A stretch of DNA of 64,000 nt from Naegleria gruberi (lineage: Eukaryota): NCBI GenBank assembly GCA_000004985.1, contig GG738868.1. One strand, 5' to 3'. The notes under the pieces were generated by a model. The model did not search any database, was not told the origin of the DNA, and worked only from the letters and a program-made list of their open reading frames with translations. A program made the translations under genes and the position numbers. Of the stretch, positions 54,453 through 64,000 are shown piece after piece (the first letter of the stretch is position 1; each line of letters opens with the position of its first letter).

Positions 54453-55211
54453 TCATTTTGTACAGACAATATTCACATCAGAGCAATTTCTTCCCATTCC
54501 AAAGAGTTTCATCCTCTGTTTCAGACACATCATATCTGTGTATAAAAATGGCTTTCTAACAAGATCTAATCCAAGATTGATTTCCATCTCGAAAGATTGT
54601 TCACATTTCGAACTAATCATTGGTTTGAATATCTTGGATTTGTATTTTTCATTGGTAAATCGATTTCCTAATGCATTTTCCAATAATTTTCCATTTCTTG
54701 TCACTTTGAATTCACCATTTTCATGATCGAGCAAAAATCCAAACACTTCATCTCCCTTCACATCAGCTAAATGCACTTTATTAGCAATGTATGCAGTAAA
54801 TCTCGTTTCCTGATAAACATTTCCAGTATCATAGCGAAATCCAATTGTGTCTTCATCCCATCCAACAATATCTTCTTTTACATGTTCAGTATTCGCTGTA
54901 AATCCAAATCCGAAAAAGAGATTCTTTAATTGTTGTTGTGGCCATAATTTTACTTCATAGTAGGTAAATCTCGTAGTGTCGTATAGTGTGGTTGATTCGG
55001 AAGGAATGGGAAGCAATAATGACTTGTAAGGTTTAATTCGAATGTTACCTATTGATGGAGGAATATCTGAAATGAGATTTGGATCATTGTTTTCCATATG
55101 AATCACATCAAGTGTTTGGATAGGAAGCATATCATCCTCATAATCCAATTCTGTCATTTTTTTCTTGTTAAAAAATTCAAAAGTTGACTTGGTTAAGAAT
55201 GTTGTAATCAT
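54453..55211 (-). CDS. SPRY (B30.2-like) domain protein
   Basis: 252-aa ORF. YYEVKLWPQQQ...FFGFGFT...VGWDEDTIGFRYDTGNVY...GDEVFGFLLDHENGEFKVTRNGKLL matches the SPRY core (W.V...........G.......GW....SIGY..DG......G.....F..GDVIG...D...G.L.F..NG). Confidence 0.6.
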   Translation of the reverse strand: MITTFLTKSTFEFFNKKKMTELDYEDDMLPIQTLDVIHMENNDPNLISDIPPSIGNIRIKPYKSLLLPIPSESTTLYDTTRFTYYEVKLWPQQQLKNLFFGFGFTANTEHVKEDIVGWDEDTIGFRYDTGNVYQETRFTAYIANKVHLADVKGDEVFGFLLDHENGEFKVTRNGKLLENALGNRFTNEKYKSKIFKPMISSKCEQSFEMEINLGLDLVRKPFLYTDMMCLKQRMKLFGMGRNCSDVNIVCTK

Positions 55212-55321
55212 TATTCAAGATCAATTTTAGAGTTTGCATTGCTTACCACATAGTATTCAAAAAGGACAAATTAGAACATGAAGAAAATACAATCATTCTC
55301 AAATAAAATCCAAAATTTAAT

Positions 55322-57129
55322 TTAGAGTTGACCATTTTCCCACTTGTCTTCAATCAAGCTCTTAACAATGGACCAACCACGGTGACCAATGATTGGATTT
55401 TCCATTTCACTGAATTCATCAGCCAACTTGTTGGCAGCAAGACCAGTTGGAATATTTTGATCTCTAGAAGTTTGCAAAATACGGGAAGCAATAACATAGA
55501 CAGCATTGTCCCAATCTCTACCGAAGTGTTTCAAAATTGCTGGGTCGTTCTTGACATAACCAAAGCATTCATTGGCACAATTGACAATACCCATACGGTT
55601 GTTCAAGTAATCTGGAACATAAATGATACCACGATTCTTAATCATGTGATCATGTTCAACAGGATCCAAAAGTTGATTGTTGGCAGCACCACAGACAATC
55701 TTACAGTTGAGCATTGGAATGGTAGTAGAGTTGATGATACCACCCAAAGCAGCTGGAGCAAAAACGTCACATGGTTCAGCAAAGATGCTCAAATCGTTTG
55801 GAGCAACAACTCTGAATTCAACATTTGGTGCATGCTTGAATTGTTCCTTTCTCATGGCAATCAAGTTCTTGTCGATATCAGTAGCAATAACCTTACCAAC
55901 ATTTCTCTTGACGAGTTCTTCAACAATGAAGCTAGCAACATTACCAGCACCTTGGACGACAACCTTCTTTCCACTCAAATCTCCCATACCGAGGAAATTA
56001 ACAGCAGCTTCCATACCACAGACAGTACCAATGGCAGTGGAGTGAGATGGGTTACCAGAACCACCAATACCTTGTGACAAACAACTGACGAAACGAGAAG
56101 ACTTTGATGAAGAAGAAATTATGATAAGTGTGTGAAAATTGATGATGATGAAATTGTAACGGTAACAAAAATATTTCACATTTGCATTTTGATTGGAAGT
56201 TGAAGGTGTTAATAATAAAGAGAGATAATATACATACATTGTGCATTCTATCACAATCTGGTGTAGTGAGACCAACGTCTTCAGCACCATAGTAGGCACC
56301 CTTCAATGAAGAAAGGAACTTTCCGTATTCACCAAAGATGACATCACGAGTAACATCATTAGCATAAGTAGCACCATCAGTCTTTTGGATGATACCCTTA
56401 CCACCACCTGTTGATTATTGATCCATCAAGTTTTAATAATTATTTTCCAATATTTGTTGTTCATATGATGATAGAATCGATTGTGTGTGAAAATATCGTG
56501 TGTGATTTTTAAAATTATATGAATTGTAAATATCATCAATAATAAATACTAACCCCACCATAAACCAGCAAGAGCATTCTTTCTATTAATTAAATTCAAC
56601 AAGTCCGATATCATCACAAGGAATTAAATTTCACAATCATCATCAATATTATGAAAATTAATTTCATATAAAATCACACAACATACCTAGTCATACCCAA
56701 GCTCAATCTCAAACCATCTCTAACGTAATCTTCCATAGAATTGTACTTCCACAATCTGACACCACCGTGTGCCAAACCTCTGTTTGATTTATGGAGGAAA
56801 GCAGAGAACAAGAGGTTAGACTTTGGACCAACTTGGAAGAAACAAGCTTCATGCTTCAAGAAATCTCTCTTATCCTTTGAAATAAATTCACCCAATTGAG
56901 CAAAAAGTGGATGACTAGTCACAACTTGTTGCTTTTCAGCATCATAAACAACATAACCTCTTTGAATGCCAGCCTTTTGCATTTCTTCTTGGAATTTTTC
57001 AACAGACAAGGATGCAACTCCATTTTGTTGTTGATTCAATTTTTGGGAGAATTGTCTGACGATCATTCCGGCTTGGAAAGTTGTTTGCTTATTACCAGCA
57101 ACAACACGACGGCTCACAGTGTTGAACAT
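55322..57129 (-). CDS. Leu/Phe/Val-type amino-acid dehydrogenase (ELFV dehydrogenase family, leucine-dehydrogenase-like) with N-terminal presequence; 4 exons 56687..57129, 56554..56582, 56238..56407, 55322..56101
   Basis: The spliced product aligns along its whole length with bacterial LeuDH: GLAHGGVRLWKY, RLSLGMT|RKNALAGLWWG|GGGKGII, YYGAEDVGLT, GGSGNPSHSTA, VVQGAGNVA, ATDID, DVFAPAALGGIIN, GAANNQL and YVPDYLNNRMGIVNCANE. The introns run 56583..56686 (GTATGT..AATAG), 56408..56553 (GTTAGT..AACAG) and 56102..56237 (GTATGT..CAAAG), and phases 2/0/0 check. The N-terminal ~55 aa is basic and hydroxylated, like a presequence. The exon-4 acceptor choice is the least certain element. Confidence 0.65.
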
Positions 57130-57632
57130 TTTTTTTTCTTCTTTCAAAAACACGCTCAATGCAGAACTCGCCGTTTTCAAAGCCTAATTAAGACTGTTAG
57201 ACAATAAAGGAAGGGAAGGCGCGAAAATGATTTTTTTGATTAAGGCTTCTAATTTGGACTTGATATGAAATTTAACATGCATTGTGTGTGAAATTATTTG
57301 TAATGCATGGCAAGGAATACAAGTATTAGCTTGTTGAAAATAAATCATAAAATTGGGTGGAGTGTATAGGTTGGGGAAAATTTCAGATTGTGTATTGGTC
57401 TATTCATTACAGTACATCAAAGTGAGCTCTTTATAGGAAGTTATCCAACTCCCTATCGTCCTTCCTCATTGAAAAAGCATTCCTTGCTACTGCAATTTCA
57501 GAGTTGTTTGATGGTTCATTCTGTTTGGACAATTTTCCTTTGAACAAAAAAAACCCTTGATATCAACACTAAAACCATTCACCTTCCTTGCAAAGACCAA
57601 TTGTCCTGAAATTTACCTCTCTCTTAAACAAC

Positions 57633-59411
57633 ATGTTGGGCGACAATGAAGAAGAATTGCAAAACTATCAATATTATCTTCATGAAAACTCCGAGAGCTT
57701 CAACCAGACAAAAAAAATGAGAAACGAGACTTTTCTGGAGGCTCATGATGATGAAAATAATTACTCTTCATCAGGGATGAGCAAACATCAGCAGCATCAG
57801 CAGCAACAACAGGAAGTCTCCTCTTCATCATTGAATTCTCGGGAACAATATGGAGATGAAGATAACTTGTATGTCCGAGGAAGTTGGAGGAGTAGAATCA
57901 AGAGTTATTTGGAAAATAGATTTGGAGAATTAACATTCAAAAATTTATCGTTGAGAGGATTGAGATTTTTGGCTGTTTTCTTATTTTCTCAAGTGATATC
58001 TTGTTTATTAACATCGACAGGAATATTTAGTACTTTTTTAACAAACAAATTCAATATTAATTTACCAACATTACAGAATGCGATTAGTTACACGACATTG
58101 TTGGCATTTTACTTTCCTTTATTGCTGGTTCACAAATGGTGTTTTCCAGTTGTGAAGAAAGTAAAGAGAATTAATTTTGCAGCTATTGGAGCTAGGAAAT
58201 CGAGGAAAGCTAGGAAAACTTCAGAGAATAGTCGATTAATATCTGAATCTAGTGAATCATCATTGAGACAGCAAGAAGTATCTTCGCCAACTGAGAGTGG
58301 TATTGCTGCTTCGGAGTCAATGAGTAGTGTGGGAGAAACTGCACTCACTACAGCAGATGTCAATACCACAACTATTACTTCACCAAAACCACTCGTGACA
58401 CATACCTCATTCCAAAAAATTGAGGACGAGGAAGAACAAGAGGAAGAAGAGGGAATCAAGACATGTTTCCAATCAATTTTCAAACGTTTATATATACCTG
58501 AAAGATGGAATATGAAGCCATGGAAATACATCTTCTTTGCTTTTGCTGACGTGGAGGCCAACTTTTTGGTTGTTAAGGCCTATCAGTACACAACCATTAC
58601 TTCTGTCATGCTCTTGGATTGTTTCACAATTCCAAGTGTCATGTTACTGAGCTTTTTATTTTTGAATAGAACTTATAGGTGGACTCACATTGTAGGTGTT
58701 TTGATTTGTTTGACAGGTTTAGGGCTTTTGGTATTGAGCGACTATTTGAGAAGTATTAGTGAGGAACATCATCAAACTTCGGAAAATCCATGGTATTACC
58801 TATTGATGGGCGATGCCTTCTGTATTGTTGGCTCATTTTGCTATGCTATCAGTAATGTAGCTCAAGAATATGCCTTAAAATCAGAGGATCACTTTTCACA
58901 ACTCATGGCTGACCCATCATCCACCGATATCGAACCAACATCACCAACATCCACAACTGCTCCTCCAGAAGTTTCCAAACCAAGACTCAGTGACAATGAT
59001 TGTGCCATTGAATATTTGGGTATGGTAGGATTATTTGGAACTATCATTGCCATCATTCAAACACTCATTTTCGAAAGAGAAGATATCATGAACACAAAAT
59101 GGACACCTCAATCAATGATGTACATGGCTGGATTTGCTGCTTCCATGTTCTTTATCTATACCCTTGTTCCTCACTTGATTAGATGGAGTAGTGCAACCTT
59201 TATGAATCTTTCCTTCCTGACGAGTGATATCTTTGCAGTCATTGCTAGTGTATTCCTCTTTGGTCAATCAGTTTATCCACTCTATTATTTTGCCTATGCC
59301 ATTATTGCCATTGGTTTAGTTTTCTACAATCTCTTACAGGAAGAAGAAAGAAAATCAAAGAGTGTTTGGGCCAAGGGAAAACTGTTACTTGTAAAATGTT
59401 TCAGAAAGTAA
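57633..59411 (+). CDS. SLC35F1/F2-like (EamA/DUF914) solute carrier
   Basis: KAYQYTTITSVMLLDCFTIPSVMLLSFLFLNRTYRWTHIVGVLICLTGLGLLVLSD matches the SLC35F signature. About 10 TM segments are present. A long S/E-rich loop sits after TM2. The first ATG in the ORF is at 57633. Confidence 0.65.
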   Translation: MLGDNEEELQNYQYYLHENSESFNQTKKMRNETFLEAHDDENNYSSSGMSKHQQHQQQQQEVSSSSLNSREQYGDEDNLYVRGSWRSRIKSYLENRFGELTFKNLSLRGLRFLAVFLFSQVISCLLTSTGIFSTFLTNKFNINLPTLQNAISYTTLLAFYFPLLLVHKWCFPVVKKVKRINFAAIGARKSRKARKTSENSRLISESSESSLRQQEVSSPTESGIAASESMSSVGETALTTADVNTTTITSPKPLVTHTSFQKIEDEEEQEEEEGIKTCFQSIFKRLYIPERWNMKPWKYIFFAFADVEANFLVVKAYQYTTITSVMLLDCFTIPSVMLLSFLFLNRTYRWTHIVGVLICLTGLGLLVLSDYLRSISEEHHQTSENPWYYLLMGDAFCIVGSFCYAISNVAQEYALKSEDHFSQLMADPSSTDIEPTSPTSTTAPPEVSKPRLSDNDCAIEYLGMVGLFGTIIAIIQTLIFEREDIMNTKWTPQSMMYMAGFAASMFFIYTLVPHLIRWSSATFMNLSFLTSDIFAVIASVFLFGQSVYPLYYFAYAIIAIGLVFYNLLQEEERKSKSVWAKGKLLLVKCFRK

Positions 59412-59526
59412 AAATTTACCGCTCAAAACAATTTGCATCTAAGGATCTATTTTGAACTTTTACTCTGGCTTATCAGCCATCAAGTCATTTCAGTGAAACC
59501 CTCTCTGTCACTAATCATACAAAAAA

Positions 59527-62500
59527 ATGGTTCAACAACAGCAGAACGTTCCATCACCAATTGGCACGATGGATCGTTCGACTGCCACTGTCGAATTACA
59601 TCAATTACATCATCACCAGCAACACCAAGAAGAGCATCAACAACAACAACAATATTACACTCTCAACAAGAAAAAGAAGAGAAATTTGCTCCTTCTCATT
59701 ATTCTCTCCTTGTTTGGTGCTAGTCTCTTGTTGGTTTTGGCTTTCCCATTGATGAGAAAATTGTTCCATCATCACTTTGGTCACCAACAAGAACATCATA
59801 ACGGAATGATGGATTCGAATCAACAACATCATTACTTCCATAGAAAACATGGCTCTCCAGATGGCCTTTTTCATAGACAACATTCACCACAAGGGGCTCA
59901 TCCGAATCCATTCAAAGAATTTTCTCAACATCAACATCATCACGATCGTCACTATAATTCCATTCATCTCAAAAATAGACAAATTCACATTCCTTCTACA
60001 GATGATCATTTTAAGAGATTTGGAAATTCTCATCATTCTCAATCACAACAATTTTCCTCCTCAATTATTAAACTCTTCCGTTCAGCACTTTCAATCTTTT
60101 CTTCAGAAAAGAATGAAAATTTTGGCGCCAAAACTACAAGAAGCTTGAATGAAAAGGGTGAGATGATGCAAACCTTCTTATTACATTTTAAAAAAAATTA
60201 CGATAAAGTTGGCGCGCAAAGACAAGCAACAACAAGAAGCAATGCAGAAGGAAAGGATGAAGTTTTTGAGGCTTGGTTAGAGAAGGGCTTGAAACAATTC
60301 AATGTTCGATTGGGACATTATATTCCTCACAGAACTTTTATGATTAGTGGAAGTGAGAATAATGTTTGGAGAGCAAGAGAGTGGATTAATTCTGAATTGA
60401 GTGAATTGTCTTGGTTTGAATCATTGTTTGAAGAGAGTGAGGCTTGCTGGATTGGACCAGTTGAGAGTAAGGATAAATCAGTTTCTGATGATATTTTGGA
60501 AGTTCACTTGGATAAGACTGTTGCAGTTGAACGTATCATGAGAGGTGATGCACCATATGATGATGCTTTCAGATACATGACAAGAAAATTGTTGGCTAAC
60601 AATGATAAGGGTAGAGATGTACATTTTATTGTTACTGCCAATGTTGCCAAACATGAAAGTAAGGAAGAATTGGAAAAGAGTGAACTTTTGAATGCAAATT
60701 CTGAAATTATGCAAAGGCTCAAGAAACATGACATTGTCAATGTTCAAGCTGTTTCAAATTCCAAGATTGCCATTGGTGTTAATGGTCATAAGGATGCAAT
60801 GAATGTTGCTCAAGATCTCAGAGAACACGGTTTGATTCATTGGGTGGAAGTTAAAACTCCAACCACCACCCACGGTAAATATTCGAATGGTCTCGTCCAA
60901 AGTTATAAGAAACCAACAGAGAAACCAATTTGGAATATGGGCATTACAGGTCAAGGACAAGTTATTGGTGTAGGTGATACTGGCGTAGATTATTATCATT
61001 GTTTCTTCTATGACGAAAATAATGAACCACCATTCCAAACTACTTTGGCTGGCGCCTCAGCAACAACCACCTCTGCTCACAGAAAGTTCAAATCATTCTG
61101 GGCCTATATGGACAAGATTGACTCTGAACAAGGACACGGTACTCACGTTACAGGTATTGCTGCTGGTAAGGCTCACACCTCAAGTAATCCAACCACTATG
61201 CAAGAACACAATGCAGTAGCTCAAGATGCTAAACTTGCTTTCATGGATGCTGGTTGTGATACTGACTCTTGTAAATGTCCTGCTGATGTTTTGTGTGAAT
61301 GCGATATGAAGGATGGCAAGATTTGTCCAAAAAAGTTCGGTGTTGTTTACTTGCCACTCGATCTTTATGAATCATATTTCCCATACTTTTATCAAAATGG
61401 AGCCAGAGTTGTTAGTAGCTCATGGGGAACTGGCTTTTTCAAAGATTTTGGATTTGGTTATTCCACAAATTCTAGAGAAATTGACATGTTTGCTTGGGAA
61501 AAGAAAGATTTCTTACCAGTCTTTGCTGCTGGTAATAGTGGTGGTGTTTTTGGTTATGCTTCTCTAACTAGTGAAGCTGAATCAAAGAATGGTGTTTCTG
61601 TTGGAGCTTCTTTGAGCACCTATCAAAGTTTCGAACAAACTGTTAACCTGACTTCTACTCAATTAATTATTGACAGATTGAGAATTGAACTCTATCAAAG
61701 ATTTTGCCAAAAATCAAGTGATTTATATGATGCTGACAAGTGTACTGCTGCCCAAAAGTTCACCACTGTCGATGACTGCTGTAATAATGGAGGAAAATGT
61801 ACTACAATTAGTAGCGCTTGTTGTGGTGTTCAAACTTTCTCTCCATTCACAACCATTGGTTTCAGATGTTGCCCAGATTGTATCAGACTTGAAATGAAGG
61901 AACACCCAGAATATTACAGTCAAGAAAATCTTGCAGTTTTTACTGCCAGAGGTCCAACTCGTAAGTATCTCCAAAATCTAATAATTTCTAACAATTACAA
62001 ATAGTTGATAACCGTATCAAGCCAGATATCGTCACTGTTGGAGAAAAGATTCTCTCAGCTCGCTCAGCTGGTACAACCTCAGATAGAAAGTGTGGAGCTT
62101 CAGAATTTAAAAAGATTGAAGATCAAATGATTTATCACGAAGGTACTTCAATGGCTGCACCTCTTGCTGTACGTGTTTATAATTTTCTTTTACTAATTGT
62201 TCTTGTTATTATTCATTTCAATTTTGAAAATATAGGCCTCAGCTATTGCCTTGATTAGACAATACTATCAAGAAGGATATTTAAGTGGAGCTAAGGATCC
62301 TGCTAAGGGATTCAATCCTTCTGCTGCTTTGGTTAAGGCCACCTTGATTCACTCTGCCAAACCATTGACTGGTTATGTTCATCTGCTTTCAAAGCATATG
62401 GTATGTTTTATATTTGTCATTTAGAACTAATTGAATTTTGTTAGTATTGGCCACTTCAATATAAGGAAGGACACACCTTTGCACTTCAAAGTACATACAT

Positions 62501-63351
62501 GCAAGGATTCGGACACATTGATCTCAGTAATGTCATGGATAAGAGTATGAATCTCTATATTCCAAACAAGGAAGATGCCCAACTTTCAACAGGTCAAGCT
62601 CACCAATATTGTCTCAATGTCAAGTCTCAAGCAACTAATCCACTCAAGGTAACAATTGTTTGGACCGATCCACCTAGTTCACCTGCAGCAAAAATTCACC
62701 TTGTCAATGACTTGGACTTGGTTGTCGTTACTCCAAGTGGTGATAAATTGTTTGGTAATGGAGGTAAATCTTCTGTCAAGCAAACAAGAGATGAACCTGA
62801 TCAATTGAATAATGTAGAACAAGTTGAAATGGAAACAACTGATCCAGTAGGAAAGTACAATATTAGTAAGTTTTTCAAAATCTTAATTTAGTATTAACAA
62901 TCAAATAGTCGTGAGAGGTAATGCTGTAACTAAAGGACCACAACCATATGCTATCGTTATTACAGGTGATTTTGAACTTACAAGTGGTTGCGCTGCTTAT
63001 TCTTTCATTCCATATGCTTATTTGGCAGAAAGAGTTCAAACATACAGTAACTTGTCTATTGCTTTTGGTATTCTATCAGTTATTTGTATTCCAGCTCTTG
63101 CATTCTTGTCCATTTATTTATACATACAATATAGAAAGATTACCACCTCTAGTCAAGGTTATAGATCTGCAGACATTGGTCAAAACACAAGAACCTATGT
63201 CGATATTGGAGACGATGACAATTTTGAATTGAAAAACTTGAGAAAGAATTATCAAATTGATGAAAGTGACGACGATGATAATACTGAAATCAATAGAAGA
63301 GGAGGTACAGCAAGTGAAAAGGCTCAATTAGGTATGACAGATCGTGAATAA
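59527..63351 (+). CDS. Membrane-anchored subtilisin/kexin-like serine protease (S8) with I9 propeptide and P-domain-like beta-sandwich; 5 exons 59527..61960, 62005..62168, 62236..62400, 62445..62865, 62909..63351
   Basis: The order is N-terminal signal-anchor, then a His/Gln-rich linker, then an I9-like propeptide (HFIVTANVAKHES...), then the catalytic Asp (GVGDTGVDYYH), His (HGTHVTGIAAG), KPDIVTVG and Ser (EGTSMAAP). A P-domain-like block (VTIVWTDPP...LVNDLDLVVVTPSG...QPYAIVITG) and a C-terminal TM follow. The introns run 61961..62004 (GTAAGT..AATAG), 62169..62235 (GTACGT..TATAG), 62401..62444 (GTATGT..GTTAG) and 62866..62908 (GTAAGT..AATAG), and phases 1/0/0/1 all check. Total 1208 aa. Confidence 0.75.
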
Positions 63352-63455
63352 AGTATTTTTTATAAGTTTAAGGAAGATGAGCAAAACAATGCGTAAACTT
63401 CTAGGGTAAAGATTGGAACTTTAATGAAAGACTAAACAGTAAAGTAGATAATAAA

Positions 63456-63998
63456 TTAATTGAGTTTATGTGATTCATCTTCGTAATTTACAATGTAAAA
63501 ACTGCCTGATTCCAAACTACTGAGGAAAAAACCTTGTTCTCCGACCAAATAATCTTGATAGGCAAACTCCTTGATAAAACCAATTTGTGTAAACATATCC
63601 TTAGTGGCTGCAACACAAATGACACAAATGAATACTGGAATAAAGTCATCTGCAGAAACAAATTGATCTCCCTCAGATTTCAATGGTTGTTTTGTTTTGG
63701 AGAAGTAAATCTTATTCATCACTTCTTTGGCAGCCAATGTAATGATATTAAGTTTGGCAGATGGGCTGTATGGTTTGGTATCTGAAACCTTATCATGAGA
63801 ATCTTCAGAAATTGTTCGAATTAAATCTATGGCTGTCTTGTATTCTTCCTTGAATTTTACCATTTCTTCATCAATTATAAATTGTCTATACTCGTTATCG
63901 TGTAAATCCTTCTCGTCTATCTTTTTACTTTCAAGTAATAGTTGGCCAACAAGTTTGTTGGAAACATCTAAACATTTAACATAAAAGGCCTCGTCCAT
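63456..63998 (-). CDS. VPS9-domain protein (Rab5-family GEF-like), 5' end at or beyond window edge
   Basis: VSADDFIPVFICVICVAATKDMFTQIGFIKEFAYQDYLVGEQGFFLSSLESG matches the VPS9 core (DDFLP..IYVV....P.L.SNL.YI.RF.....L.GE.GY.LTNLEAA). The stop is at 63456. An ATG at 63996-63998 may be the start or may be internal. Confidence 0.55.
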   Translation of the reverse strand: MDEAFYVKCLDVSNKLVGQLLLESKKIDEKDLHDNEYRQFIIDEEMVKFKEEYKTAIDLIRTISEDSHDKVSDTKPYSPSAKLNIITLAAKEVMNKIYFSKTKQPLKSEGDQFVSADDFIPVFICVICVAATKDMFTQIGFIKEFAYQDYLVGEQGFFLSSLESGSFYIVNYEDESHKLN

Positions 63999-64000
63999 CA

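Noticed and set aside
1-64000. CRISPR arrays, operons, prokaryotic mobile elements, transposons or LTRs
   Set aside because: The window is eukaryotic (spliceosomal introns, an intron-containing tRNA-Tyr, 5S rRNA, signal peptides, poly-N/Q tracts). There are no direct-repeat or spacer arrays, no transposase, integrase or RT-like ORFs, and no long terminal or inverted repeats.

Overview
This window is AT-rich eukaryotic nuclear DNA, not prokaryotic. Genes sit on both strands and are compact. Many carry very short spliceosomal introns (about 41-67 nt, a few of 100-150 nt) with GTAAGT/GTATGT donors and (T)AG acceptors. Homopolymeric N/Q/S coding tracts and poly-A runs upstream of start codons are common. 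Stops are standard (TAA/TAG/TGA). I cannot name the lineage from sequence alone; the content suggests an AT-rich protist-like or otherwise unusual eukaryote.

I could support about 35 protein genes, three tRNA genes and one solitary 5S rRNA gene with a Pol III T-run terminator. The tRNAs are Thr-AGU, a Tyr-GUA with a 14-nt intron, and a slightly mismatched Asp-GUC. Recognisable products include an ADCK/ABC1 kinase, DUF4116 and DUF1963 proteins, a BTB/Kelch protein, an F-box fused to a small GTPase, an archaemetzincin, an F-box fused to MORN repeats, TLDc, a PQ-loop transporter, two RCC1-repeat proteins, a Sel1-repeat protein, lipin, a GST, a SPRY protein, an SLC35F transporter, a membrane-anchored kexin-like subtilisin, a VPS9 protein, and an intron-containing Leu/Phe/Val-type amino-acid dehydrogenase.

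The most striking region is a receptor cluster at roughly 34-46 kb. It holds a 2112-aa single-exon protein combining about 30 NHL repeats, a GPS/GAIN-like motif, 7TM and a C-terminal RGS domain. A GST gene and two tandem paralogous Cys-rich-ectodomain 7TM receptors with a DRI/DRY-like motif follow. Also notable are a ~410-aa secreted polycationic (K/R/A-rich, Cys-spaced) protein with strongly biased codons, a 58-nt micro-exon flanked by 41- and 51-nt introns, and several frame-disrupted genes that are either unresolved tiny introns, sequencing errors or pseudogenes.

No CRISPR arrays, transposase or RT ORFs, or long terminal or inverted repeats were seen.
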